A stretch of DNA of 64,000 nucleotides, from the IMG/VR virus record IMGVR_UViG_3300037067_027684, positions 96,001 to 160,000 of that record, one strand, 5' to 3'. The DNA comes from a virus (taxonomy: Duplodnaviria; Caudoviricetes). Positions 18,690 to 27,771 of this stretch are shown here, piece after piece (the stretch's first letter is position 1; each line of letters begins with the position of its first letter). The translations under genes and the position numbers were made by a program. Under the pieces are notes generated by a model, which saw only the letters and a list, made by a program, of their open reading frames with translations, ran no database searches and had not been told where the DNA came from.

Positions 18690-19352
18690 ATGATCTACAC
18701 TTATGGTGATAAGCCATTACGTGATTTCAAGACCAACATTGCTCATTATTCTGATGGGAATTGGTTCTTCTCCACGAAGGCAGATGGTTGGAGAACAAGG
18801 ATTGTTCGCGATAAGAGTCAGCGAATTATAAGCCCATTTGGCCAATCTTCATGGGCGAGGGGCAGGGATAAGTCATTATTCTTCCTATCTAGTAGAGACA
18901 TGAAAAAGGGTGGTCCTACTCAGATTCCAGTAAGTGAGGAAATTGTCAAATCTGTTGAGGCTCTGGATTTAGCTGATTTGTCTCTACTTGACACTGAGTG
19001 GATGGCTCGTCGGACTATTGGTGAATGTCTTGAGAAACTTTTTGTGATTGATGTGGCTGTTCTTGCTGATAAGTCGTTTGCTGACGAGACCTACTATCAA
19101 CGAAAGAATATTCGGGAGGAGTTGTTGGTTGGTAAATTGACTTCTTGTTTAGATGCTTTGGAGGAGACTTCAGTCAATCTACAAGAGTTCTATGATAAGA
19201 TGACCACAATTCCGTGGACTGAGGGGATGGTTGGGAAGCATAAGAATAGTAAGTTGAAAGCAAGTTCATTCACATCGGTTGATAATCCATTGTGGGTCAA
19301 GATAAAGTGGCGTGATGGGTCAAGTGGTAGAGATACTTATCAGTCGATTTAG
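18690..19352 (+). CDS. Stand-alone ATP-dependent ligase/capping-type nucleotidyltransferase domain (no OB fold)
   Basis: Motif I KADGWR, III LLDTEW, IIIa FVIDV, IV EGMVGK, V WVKIK; ends 14 aa after motif V. Confidence 0.75.
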   Translation: MIYTYGDKPLRDFKTNIAHYSDGNWFFSTKADGWRTRIVRDKSQRIISPFGQSSWARGRDKSLFFLSSRDMKKGGPTQIPVSEEIVKSVEALDLADLSLLDTEWMARRTIGECLEKLFVIDVAVLADKSFADETYYQRKNIREELLVGKLTSCLDALEETSVNLQEFYDKMTTIPWTEGMVGKHKNSKLKASSFTSVDNPLWVKIKWRDGSSGRDTYQSI

Positions 19353-19360
19353 GAGGAATC

Positions 19361-19654
19361 ATGGGCAAAATTGAGGATTATGCTGTTCATAAGAGTTTGT
19401 GTAATTTGAAGACTCCATGCAGTTGTGGTCTGGATAAGGTTAGGAAATCAATGAATACTGTTTTGCTCGTCATCGAGATGTCACCTTGTGGTGGTACGCA
19501 TTTAGTTTTTAGAGTTCCCGAGGATGAAGCTGATGATCTTCGGGAAAGATGTGATGACAAACTTTCTGGTGATGGTAATCATGGTGTGCCAACTGTTGTT
19601 GAACGAATTGGTACGAAAAAGGACCTATTAGAATTACTAAACAGAAAGGAGTGA
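19361..19654 (+). CDS. Hypothetical protein
   Basis: AGGAGG RBS; H...C...CSCG. Confidence 0.6.
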   Translation: MGKIEDYAVHKSLCNLKTPCSCGLDKVRKSMNTVLLVIEMSPCGGTHLVFRVPEDEADDLRERCDDKLSGDGNHGVPTVVERIGTKKDLLELLNRKE

Positions 19655-19658
19655 ATTT

Positions 19659-19877
19659 ATGTGGAACTATTATTTGGGGAAGCCAATCAGTCAAAGTAGT
19701 GTCCAGTTGAAACCAATTGGTGTCTACAAAACTCTGTTGTGGTTTGTTGATGACAAGCCAATCTACCACGACACACCAATCTATGGTAGGCGCAAGCATT
19801 TCTTGGAGTTAGCGAAGAAGTGGGCTAATCAAGTTTTGATTGTGTGTTTGGATGATTACATGTGGATTAATGAGTGA
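19659..19877 (+). CDS. Hypothetical protein
   Basis: AAGGAG RBS. Confidence 0.55.
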   Translation: MWNYYLGKPISQSSVQLKPIGVYKTLLWFVDDKPIYHDTPIYGRRKHFLELAKKWANQVLIVCLDDYMWINE

Positions 19878-20110
19878 GGTGCCATGTGAAAAGTGAGATT
19901 AGTAAATCTCTCGAAATTCGAGAAGCACTTGACCAACCTCTTTTTGTTGGTCAGCCGTACACATTGCGGCTTGTATTGCAAGAGTTCGCCGCTGTAATGG
20001 AGGGCAATTCTTCTGTTCATGACATTCGAACCCATACTGGTTTGTGTGAGGAAGAGTGTCTTAATATTAGTAAGATTGCCCAACTTCTTCTCGCTTCGAA
20101 GGAGTTGTGA
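19874..20110 (+). CDS. Hypothetical protein
   Basis: ORF in tiling. Confidence 0.5.
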   Translation: MRCHVKSEISKSLEIREALDQPLFVGQPYTLRLVLQEFAAVMEGNSSVHDIRTHTGLCEEECLNISKIAQLLLASKEL

Positions 20111-20139
20111 TGAGAATAACAATTTCCCTCTAGGAAAGG

Positions 20140-20493
20140 TTGAAGACCATGGGAAAGGTGATTAACGAGATTGTGCAGTTTGATCCTGGTTTCAAACAAC
20201 GCCTCGAAAATACAATGCTAGCCAAAGCCCCCAAGCTACCTGAAGCTGAAACCAAGTTGCTTCTGAGCTTGTTTACTGGCAAGCCTCTGGCTCCTTCCGT
20301 GTTCAAGCGTTGCGTTAGGACTATTGTTAGGGCTATGTCTGTCGTTCCATCCTACTCTATTTCTGATAGTTTGGTTTTGGCTAATGGTGAGGTTGATAGG
20401 AGTAATTCCAAGGTTATTCGTTGGTCGAAGCGTGATATTGCAAGGGATAGGTTTGAATATCTATATCTAACCGTTCGGAACATATTTTCGTAA
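20140..20493 (+). CDS. Hypothetical protein
   Basis: ORF in tiling. Confidence 0.6.
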   Translation: MKTMGKVINEIVQFDPGFKQRLENTMLAKAPKLPEAETKLLLSLFTGKPLAPSVFKRCVRTIVRAMSVVPSYSISDSLVLANGEVDRSNSKVIRWSKRDIARDRFEYLYLTVRNIFS

Positions 20494-20496
20494 TAC

Positions 20497-20781
20497 TTGC
20501 GGTGGTATCTGTGTCGGATACCAACAAACAGAGAAAAGTTTTTCTCTTTCCCAGAAAGCGAGGGTTTTCTTGTGGAAGATCATATTAGTACGCCCATTGA
20601 CGAACAGATGATGCCTTGTCCTAAATGTCAAACACTTCACTACCACAACGTTGAAAACATTGTTAATTGTAAATGTGGAGCTAGCCTTAAATTTGCAGTT
20701 CCACTTTTGTTCTGGGACGCAATGCCTTACGGATGGAAGTGGGTCGTTCAAGAAAAGGCGGAGCTTAATGCCTCCCTATAG
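20497..20781 (+). CDS. Small Zn-ribbon protein
   Basis: CPKC...CKCG; start uncertain. Confidence 0.5.
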   Translation: MRWYLCRIPTNREKFFSFPESEGFLVEDHISTPIDEQMMPCPKCQTLHYHNVENIVNCKCGASLKFAVPLLFWDAMPYGWKWVVQEKAELNASL

Positions 20782-20798
20782 AGTGGAGCGGATGCCAC
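20771..20798 (+). promoter_or_regulatory. CCTCCC-N16-TGCCAC motif copy 4 (upstream of AAA+ operon)
   Basis: cctccc tatagagtggagcgga tgccac. Confidence 0.65.
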
Positions 20799-20855
20799 GG
20801 TGTTGTCGTGGGGAAGGACAATCGCAAGGGAATCCGCTGGAGAAAGGAGATTTAC

Positions 20856-20972
20856 ATGTTTGCGCACGTGACACATGACGAGGTTTCGTTGGTCAGTTCG
20901 TTGATGGTGCTTGGCTTTGCTTTTGGAGCTTACTTTGGTTTCCGGATGCTGAAGAAGATTTTTGGTAAGTAA
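20856..20972 (+). CDS. 38-aa single-TM peptide (not in ORF track)
   Basis: AAAGGAG RBS; MFAHVTHDEVSLVSSLMVLGFAFGAYFGFRMLKKIFGK. Confidence 0.65.
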   Translation: MFAHVTHDEVSLVSSLMVLGFAFGAYFGFRMLKKIFGK

Positions 20973-20998
20973 AGACCTCTAGAAAAGGAGAGAAGACG

Positions 20999-23900
20999 AT
21001 GGCTGAAAAGAAGACTGCTGCTGTTGTTGAGTCGCCAACTGAAGCACGGATCATTAATTACATCAAAGCGGCCTACCCAATTCTGTGGCTGCAGACTGCG
21101 GAAGAGTCTCGTGCTGAACGCGAACTCCTCAATATCGCCAAGAAGATGCAACGTCGGATTTCGGTGTGGAGTTTCACCGAAGGATTCCTCAACCTGCAGG
21201 AAGATGGCAAGGAATCCCGCGCCTCTGGCGATGCTTCCTCTGAAGATCCTATTGAAGCTCTGAAGAAGATCAAAGACGAGGCCGCTAATGTTGGCCAAAT
21301 CTACATCTTCCGTGACCTTCATGCGTTCTTCAACAATCCGAAGGTTGTCCGATTGCTTCGGGACATTGCTCGTGAATTCAAGCAGGGCAAGAAAGTGCTG
21401 GTCGTTCTCAGTCCGTTGAATAAGCTGCCGCCTGAGGCGGAGCGTGACATCACCTTGGTTGATTATGGACTCCCGAATCGTCCGGTTATCACCAAGATTT
21501 GGGATAACATGTACGCCAAGAACAAGACTGGTATCGTGAAGACCAATGGCGATAAGGAATTTTCTGCCGATGAACATGAGAAGATTTCTCAGGCTGCTCT
21601 TGGTCTTACGACTGTCGAAGCTGAAAATGCTTTTGGTAAGGCTGTGATTGAGTGGGCGGCTCTTCCGATTGAGGATCGGCCTACCATCAGTTCTCTGGTG
21701 ATGAAGGAGAAGGCTGCTGCGGTCAAGAAGTCTGGTATTCTGGAATATTTCGAGCGGCGTGAGTCTATCAAGGATATTGGTGGCCTTGAGGCTCTTAAGA
21801 GTTGGCTGGATGTCCGCAAGCGGGCTTTGTCGCTCTCTGCGCGGGAATTCGGCTTGCCGATGCCTCGTGGTATTCTGCTGGTGGGGTTGCCTGGTTGCGG
21901 TAAGTCCTTGGTTGCTAAGGCTACTGCTGGTATTCTGGGCGTGCCTCTAATCCGTTTCGATATTGGCCGCGTGTTTGCTGGTCTGGTCGGTCAGTCTGAG
22001 ATGAACATGCGTTCTGCTCTTCAGACGATTGACGCTATCGGCAATTGTCTTACCGGTGATACTCAGGTAACGATGAAGGATGGATCTCTCCTTCAGATCG
22101 ACCAAATTAAGGTTGGTGATGAAGTTGCTTGTGTTGATGAGAAAACCGGCAAGATCACTACAACCAAGGTAATTCATGTTCAATCTCGTCGTAAGGATAC
22201 CATTCGTCTCTCGAATAAGAGTGGTGATTCGGTAACGGCGACTTTGGATCATCGGTTCCTTGTCCTCACTGATGGTGAAATGGTTTGGAAGCAAGCCTCT
22301 GAATTGAAGATTGGTGATTTGGTTGGTGTGCCTGTGAAACTTCCTTTCAATAAGGATGTGTCTGTTTTGGATCTGCTTCCTAAAGAGGCTAGGATCTATG
22401 GCGTTGATCGTTCTGATAAGAGGGTGCCTGCCTACGTTCGTTGTGATTCGGAGAAATATCCTGACCCATTCATGAATAAGTGCCTTATGACCAAAGATGA
22501 ATGGCTCTCGAAAGACAAGCATCGAGTTTCTACAGGCGCTGGTCTTTATCTCTCTGAAGTTACTGTGCCATCTCGGATTTCAGAGGAAATGTGTTATGTG
22601 GCTGGTCTTGTGGCGAGTGATGGTCATATTGGTGGTCGTCATGTTGGATTCACCAATAGTCAGAAATTGCTTCATGAACCAGTTAGGAACTTCATGAAGA
22701 GTCTATTGCTGAATCCTGTGACTCGGGAATCATTGGCTGATTCCAAATACGAATCATACAAACAGTTGTCTGGGATTTCTGAAAATCCCAGCCTTGCTGT
22801 GATCGAAGAGACTAAGACTTGTGGTAAGCTTTTTAGCCAAATCTTCAGGGCTTTACAGGAAAAGTTGCTTACATTAGACCCTGATCTTCTTCGTTGGTGG
22901 TTGGCTGGCTATGTAGATGGCGATGGTTCTACATCGCTTCCTCAACATCCTGAGAAGATTGTCATTTGCTCTAAGAAGAGCAAAAATGCTCAGCTTGTTC
23001 GTGAAGTAATTCGAAGGTTGGGCATCATTCCTCCTAAATGGGATGGAAAGGCAATTGAGGTTTCTGGGCAACGCGCTAGAGATCTCGCTATTATGTTGAC
23101 TAATAAGGTTAAGACGCCTTGGAAGTCTGACAACATCAAGAGTATCATTCGTTCTGAGAAAGTCGCTTCTAGTCGTGATTCTGGGTTTAAGGTTGGTAAG
23201 AAACTCAAGGCACTTAGAAAGAATGCTGGAATCAAATCGACTGCAATGTCAGTTGGTTCTGGCTCGATTTCTCGCGCCGAAAGTGATGTTTCGATTTGTG
23301 AACAAACCCTTAGTCGTATTAATGACGATCTGAAGGGTTCTTTCGATTATCTCCTTAATTCTGATGTCCGATGGGTACCAATTACCAAGCTTGAGGAAAT
23401 TGGTGAAGAGACCGTCTACGACATCAGTTGTGAGGGCGATAATACTCATAGCTTTATTGCGAATGGGATTGTTGCACATAATTGTGTCGTCTGGATTGAC
23501 GAAATGGAGAAGGCGTTCGCTGGCATGGGTTCGTCCAGCACGACTGATTCTGGTGTTAGCCAGCGTGTCTTCGGTTCTTTGATCACGTGGATGCAAGAGA
23601 AGAGCAGTCCTTCGTTTATGGTCGCCACAGTGAACCGAATCGAAGGTCTTCCTCCGGAATTGCTCCGTAAAGGTCGCTTCGATGAGATTTTCTTTGTCGA
23701 TCTGCCGACTGCTAAGGAGCGTCAGGAGATTCTCAAGATTCATCTTGAGAAGGATCGTCGTACTGAGGAGTTCCAGGATGGCGCTTGGCGTTATAAGTTC
23801 GATGAGGTTTTCAAGAATAAGTCTGAACTTGAGAACTGCATTTCTGCTTCTGAGAACTTCAGCGGTGCTGAACTAGAGGAAGCAATCGTGACTGCTCTCT

Positions 23901-24103
23901 ATACGGCTTATTACCGTGATGATAAGGCGGCTGATAAGTTCGGCCTGTACATCTACGGGGCGATCCAGAACACTCGTGCTCTGGCTAAGACGAATGAGGG
24001 CCAGTTAAAGGCGATGAAGACGTGGGCTGAGAATAATGCGGTCCATGCTTCGATCAAGGCTGGTACGAAGAAGGCTGACGCTCGGACGTTGGATATTGGT
24101 TAA
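20999..24103 (+). CDS. Ycf46-like AAA+ ATPase interrupted by an intein
   Basis: N-terminal degenerate AAA (AYPILWLQTAEESR, FRDLHAF); Walker A GLPGCGKS; Walker B VVWIDEMEK; LPPELLRKGRFDEIFFVDLP. Confidence 0.92.
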   Translation: MAEKKTAAVVESPTEARIINYIKAAYPILWLQTAEESRAERELLNIAKKMQRRISVWSFTEGFLNLQEDGKESRASGDASSEDPIEALKKIKDEAANVGQIYIFRDLHAFFNNPKVVRLLRDIAREFKQGKKVLVVLSPLNKLPPEAERDITLVDYGLPNRPVITKIWDNMYAKNKTGIVKTNGDKEFSADEHEKISQAALGLTTVEAENAFGKAVIEWAALPIEDRPTISSLVMKEKAAAVKKSGILEYFERRESIKDIGGLEALKSWLDVRKRALSLSAREFGLPMPRGILLVGLPGCGKSLVAKATAGILGVPLIRFDIGRVFAGLVGQSEMNMRSALQTIDAIGNCLTGDTQVTMKDGSLLQIDQIKVGDEVACVDEKTGKITTTKVIHVQSRRKDTIRLSNKSGDSVTATLDHRFLVLTDGEMVWKQASELKIGDLVGVPVKLPFNKDVSVLDLLPKEARIYGVDRSDKRVPAYVRCDSEKYPDPFMNKCLMTKDEWLSKDKHRVSTGAGLYLSEVTVPSRISEEMCYVAGLVASDGHIGGRHVGFTNSQKLLHEPVRNFMKSLLLNPVTRESLADSKYESYKQLSGISENPSLAVIEETKTCGKLFSQIFRALQEKLLTLDPDLLRWWLAGYVDGDGSTSLPQHPEKIVICSKKSKNAQLVREVIRRLGIIPPKWDGKAIEVSGQRARDLAIMLTNKVKTPWKSDNIKSIIRSEKVASSRDSGFKVGKKLKALRKNAGIKSTAMSVGSGSISRAESDVSICEQTLSRINDDLKGSFDYLLNSDVRWVPITKLEEIGEETVYDISCEGDNTHSFIANGIVAHNCVVWIDEMEKAFAGMGSSSTTDSGVSQRVFGSLITWMQEKSSPSFMVATVNRIEGLPPELLRKGRFDEIFFVDLPTAKERQEILKIHLEKDRRTEEFQDGAWRYKFDEVFKNKSELENCISASENFSGAELEEAIVTALYTAYYRDDKAADKFGLYIYGAIQNTRALAKTNEGQLKAMKTWAENNAVHASIKAGTKKADARTLDIG
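22046..23482 (+). mobile_element. Intein (479 aa) with LAGLIDADG endonuclease
   Basis: Starts CLTGDT, block B ATLDHRF, VAGLVASDG and LAGYVDGDG, block F VYDISC, ends IVAHN before Cys+1. Confidence 0.92.
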
Positions 24104-24117
24104 ACTCAACGAGGACG

Positions 24118-24140
24118 GGGTAGCATTTGGCTACCCTTTT
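24118..24140 (+). terminator. Intrinsic terminator candidate
   Basis: GGGTAGC-ATTTG-GCTACCC-TTTT. Confidence 0.6.
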
Positions 24141-24155
24141 AGAAAGGAATAAAAG

Positions 24156-25124
24156 ATGCCTAGTTTTTCCAAGCAAATGCTTTTGGGTCTCTATCAGGAA
24201 GAGAATACTCGGTTCGAAATTCTTGGATATATGTGTTGGTGGAATATCCGTAACGTGCAGTTGACCCAAAGTCAGTTCGGAAAGATGTTGGAGGATTGCG
24301 GTCTGAATCGGAAGTATGCTCGCACGCACAATTATCGGTCTGCTTTCATCCGTGCTCTCCGGAATTTGGAGGAGCAGCGAATTATCCGTAAGGTCGAGGA
24401 AACTGATCGATATTTGGTCTATCAGTTCACGGCTGAGCAGAAGATTAGTGAAGGTCAGACTGCTGAGTTGGAATATGATCAGGAGACAATTGTTGTTCTC
24501 GATAAGGAGTCTTATTATAAGGATCAGGATTTCCTTAAATCTCTGGTCAAGGGCCGTGAGGATATCCGACAGGCTGTGGCTTCGCATTTTGAGCGTGAGC
24601 GTGTTGCTTATTCGTCTTCTGATATCACTCGTTATGTTCAGAAGATCATGGGCGATCAGGCTGATTATGTGAGTATGCGTGAGCAGGGTTGTTTGTACTT
24701 TGTGCCTGCTGGTTTTCAGGGTACGGTTAGTGCTTGTGAGCGGTTGGTCCAGATGCTTGGTGGTGGTTCTCGTTTCGATTCGATGCCTGTTCCGAATGTT
24801 CAGGCGAATCGGATGATGGTTGGTGCTGCTGCTACTGATGAGTTGCGTCGGTTGTATGAGAAGTTGGCTGTTGAGGTTAAGGCTTCGGTTGATACTGCTA
24901 CTGATAAGTGGACTGAGGGTAAGTTGGTTGAAGTGCGTTCTATTCTTGCTCGTATTGGTATGTATGGTGATGTGATGAAGGAGAAGGAGCGTGAGAGTTT
25001 GGTTAATGATTTCTCTGCTCTTGAGAAGGAGTTGTTCCCTGATCGTGAGTTGGATTTGACTCCTGTAACGGAGACTCCGGTGGCAGAGCCTAAGAGTGCT
25101 GAGGCTGCTGCGACCCCTGTCTAA
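24156..25124 (+). CDS. DUF6744-like protein, with PDRELDL tag near C-terminus
   Basis: LGYMCWW, SAFIRALR, SMREQGCLYFVP; adjacent to AAA+ ATPase. Confidence 0.65.
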   Translation: MPSFSKQMLLGLYQEENTRFEILGYMCWWNIRNVQLTQSQFGKMLEDCGLNRKYARTHNYRSAFIRALRNLEEQRIIRKVEETDRYLVYQFTAEQKISEGQTAELEYDQETIVVLDKESYYKDQDFLKSLVKGREDIRQAVASHFERERVAYSSSDITRYVQKIMGDQADYVSMREQGCLYFVPAGFQGTVSACERLVQMLGGGSRFDSMPVPNVQANRMMVGAAATDELRRLYEKLAVEVKASVDTATDKWTEGKLVEVRSILARIGMYGDVMKEKERESLVNDFSALEKELFPDRELDLTPVTETPVAEPKSAEAAATPV

Positions 25125-25129
25125 GGGGG

Positions 25130-25157
25130 ACTCCCTAGAGAGGGGAGTGATTGCCAC
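25130..25157 (+). promoter_or_regulatory. ACTCCC-N16-TGCCAC motif copy 5
   Basis: actccc tagagaggggagtgat tgccac; followed by hairpin GGAGGAGCGG/CCGCTCCTCC. Confidence 0.6.
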
Positions 25158-25216
25158 TATCATAGTAGGGGAGGAGCGGGTGTTCCGCTCCTCCTCCCAT
25201 TCTAAGGAGATTTGAA

Positions 25217-25456
25217 ATGATTAAGTCCGTGAAGGAAGTTGAAGATGCGATGGTTGAGTCTGTAGTTCAGGTCCTTCATCCCAATGGGAATCAATATTTT
25301 ATTGCTCAGACGCGTGGCGAAGTTCAGCCCGCTTATTCGCGCAAAGTACGAACTGCTGCTTTTGTTAAGGTTTATGGGCGCAATCCAGAGAACGATGTGG
25401 AATTGTTCAGTAACACACCGATTATGTTCACTCCTGGTGTTTTGGAACTGGAGTGA
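25217..25456 (+). CDS. Hypothetical protein
   Basis: AAGGAG RBS. Confidence 0.6.
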   Translation: MIKSVKEVEDAMVESVVQVLHPNGNQYFIAQTRGEVQPAYSRKVRTAAFVKVYGRNPENDVELFSNTPIMFTPGVLELE

Positions 25457-25797
25457 AAGGAGGAATCATGAGTAAGGCTGAGCAACAGCGCAAGCATGCT
25501 TTCCGTCGCTCTAGGGAGCGTGTTGAGGGTAAAATTACTCAGAATGATTATGTTCAGATCATCAAGATGATTCAGACTGGTAAGGCTTGTTTTCTTGAAC
25601 GTCAATCGAATCGTGTTACTTTGTGGATTCTTGTTTATAGGGATGAGCCTGTTCGGGTTGTTTATGATAAGGTGCGTAGTCAGGTTGTATCGTTCCTTCC
25701 GATTGAGGAGGAGCATTTTAACAAGCTTGAGGCTTGGGAGGAGAAGAGAAATGTACAAAATACAATGGCGCAGGCAGTGGTCCCAAACTCTAACTGA
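25453..25797 (+). CDS. Hypothetical protein (RelE/ParE-like fold possible)
   Basis: KHAFRRSRERV...VVYDK...VVSFLP. Confidence 0.55.
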   Translation: MKGGIMSKAEQQRKHAFRRSRERVEGKITQNDYVQIIKMIQTGKACFLERQSNRVTLWILVYRDEPVRVVYDKVRSQVVSFLPIEEEHFNKLEAWEEKRNVQNTMAQAVVPNSN

Positions 25798-25901
25798 TGG
25801 GTTGTCGAAATATCCAAGTCTTGAGGCGGCTAATCACCAAGTTGTGATTTGGCAATCAATTTTCCGAGATAATGAGTACTTTGTGATTTTAGGAGATTAA
25901 C

Positions 25902-26165
25902 ATGGTAGTAATGACCAATCCGCCAGATTCCACAACTCCGCAAGAACAGTTGGTTGGAACTAATATTCCTGAATTCTTCGCTAGTCTAAAGATTGCTGCT
26001 TCTACCGCTATCGGCTATAGTTGGAGGCCGGTTATGGTGTTTCGAAATGAAGAGAACAAGCGTGAATTTATAGCCGTTGATAAGAAAGACGTTCAGATGT
26101 TTCGCTCCACTCACAAAAAGTGGAGAAGAATTGTTACGGTGACACCTCACATTTTTGAGAAATAG
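25902..26165 (+). CDS. Hypothetical protein
   Basis: AGGAG RBS. Confidence 0.55.
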   Translation: MVVMTNPPDSTTPQEQLVGTNIPEFFASLKIAASTAIGYSWRPVMVFRNEENKREFIAVDKKDVQMFRSTHKKWRRIVTVTPHIFEK

Positions 26166-26176
26166 GAGGCTAAGCA

Positions 26177-26452
26177 ATGCCTTGTTTCACTTTGGTGCAA
26201 GTCGAGGTTAAGGATAAGGTGATGGCAGAGAGGGCACTCAAGAAGATGGGTGCCAAAGCCTCCATTGAGAAGAATGCCAATGGGACTTATACTGTGACTC
26301 CCGCAAAGCAGGATGCCTCATTCCGAGACACCTTCATGTCTGAATATGCCGCGCAGGTAGCCACGGCTAAGGCTCAGGCGGATGGCTACACAGTTACACG
26401 TCAAGAAGTTGATGGTGAAACTGTCCTCTATTTGAGGGATTATTCGTCATGA
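26177..26452 (+). CDS. DUF1257 (Ycf35)-like protein
   Basis: V.VEVKD...ERALKKMG...EYAAQVATAKAQADGYTV...DGETVLYL; similar to 57288..57641. Confidence 0.6.
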   Translation: MPCFTLVQVEVKDKVMAERALKKMGAKASIEKNANGTYTVTPAKQDASFRDTFMSEYAAQVATAKAQADGYTVTRQEVDGETVLYLRDYSS

Positions 26453-26865
26453 AGAAAAGTAATGTCATGAAAACACACATGCATGCTCCGCCTGAACAAG
26501 TGAAGCTGGTCAAGGACTTTCTGAAGCACACAAAGAAACACACAATCTCGATTTTCTCAGAGGATTGGTGTAGACATTGGACTAAGTATTCCAAGTCGAA
26601 TTATCTTCGATTGATTACTTTGCTTAGGAAAGTCTATAGCCCAGTTGATCTATACGACCACAATGATGAGTTTAAGGCAGTTCTCATTATCATGGGTGTT
26701 AGGTTGGCATGGGGAATTCATGCTAGTCGTGCATATAGGTATGCTTATGTTCAGCGTTATGCTTTAGACGCGGGGTGCGAATACACAATTTTGTCTAATC
26801 ATGATTTTTCAAAGATTGATCCCAATTACCCATGGGAGAATTGGGATATCTTCCTAAAGGAGTGA
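26449..26865 (+). CDS. Hypothetical protein
   Basis: ORF in tiling. Confidence 0.55.
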   Translation: MKKSNVMKTHMHAPPEQVKLVKDFLKHTKKHTISIFSEDWCRHWTKYSKSNYLRLITLLRKVYSPVDLYDHNDEFKAVLIIMGVRLAWGIHASRAYRYAYVQRYALDAGCEYTILSNHDFSKIDPNYPWENWDIFLKE

Positions 26866-26868
26866 AAA

Positions 26869-27303
26869 ATGAAAATTTTGCTAGCCCCTAACAAAGATGC
26901 AGTTGGTACTGGCACACTTGATTTCTGCCATACAACTCCAGGCGAATTACTTGTGGTTTCTTCTTCTAGATGCTCCAAGGGCACTGTTGAGGATGAATGT
27001 GGTTGTCATCGCTCGATGACTGGAACTCAATCAAAGAAGGGCACAACAATTGGTATTGTTGCTGAGATGCCTGAAGGTGAGGTTATGAAATGGGTTAAAC
27101 ATCGCTCTGACAATTATTATTCCAAAATCGATGGTGCATCAGATGAATTAAAGAACCATTTAACAGCATGGACCATGCGTGAGCTTAAGCTAATTGCCGA
27201 TGATATTAGTGAAATTCCTGTTGGTTCGCGTGTTGGTTTCGCTTTTACGAATAGCACAATCGATATCTTCCGCGCTGGTGAGCGCAAGAAACATGGGGTG
27301 TAA
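26869..27303 (+). CDS. Hypothetical Cys-containing protein
   Basis: DFCHTTPGEL, DECGCHRSMTG. Confidence 0.65.
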   Translation: MKILLAPNKDAVGTGTLDFCHTTPGELLVVSSSRCSKGTVEDECGCHRSMTGTQSKKGTTIGIVAEMPEGEVMKWVKHRSDNYYSKIDGASDELKNHLTAWTMRELKLIADDISEIPVGSRVGFAFTNSTIDIFRAGERKKHGV

Positions 27304-27305
27304 AC

Positions 27306-27596
27306 ATGGATTTCGATAAAATGACGGAGCTTACTGATAAGATGGAGGTAGAGATTAGAGAGCTTAACCATTTGTCCAAGGCTTGTTTGACACTTGGCCT
27401 ACATGATTTGGCCGACAAACTAGCATGCTCTGCCGTGGAATTAAACAATATTTCCCACGACTTTAAAGTTACTGTCGTAAAAGATTTGGATCAACGTTAT
27501 AAGCAGGCGCAGCAGTTCTCTGCTACTGTTCTGGAGGCTACCTTGACAGGAATTGCCCTTGGGAAGGAGGCTCCAAATGAAGCAAGTAATCGTTAA
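27306..27596 (+). CDS. Hypothetical protein
   Basis: ORF in tiling. Confidence 0.6.
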   Translation: MDFDKMTELTDKMEVEIRELNHLSKACLTLGLHDLADKLACSAVELNNISHDFKVTVVKDLDQRYKQAQQFSATVLEATLTGIALGKEAPNEASNR

Positions 27597-27771
27597 AATT
27601 GGGAAAGGTGGTCGAACCAAGATTCTTGCTGAAGGGCCACTTGGTGCTGGTACTGAGAAGTTTACAGCTGAGTTGGCTAGGGATCTGGGTACTATCCAAG
27701 AGCGACATGCAGGCTGGTTCCACACACACAACGAACAACATACTCATGTAGAGGGACACGTCCATGATTGA
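27577..27771 (+). CDS. DUF2997-like small protein, copy 1
   Basis: MKQVIVKIGKGGRTKILAEG..GAGTEKFTAELARDLG; AAGGAGG RBS. Confidence 0.65.
   Translation: MKQVIVKIGKGGRTKILAEGPLGAGTEKFTAELARDLGTIQERHAGWFHTHNEQHTHVEGHVHD

Noticed and set aside
20771-20798. T7-like promoter (CTATAGGGAG on the minus strand)
   Set aside because: Only the initiation-like part matches, in two copies; the upstream specificity region does not, and no single-subunit RNAP is in the window.
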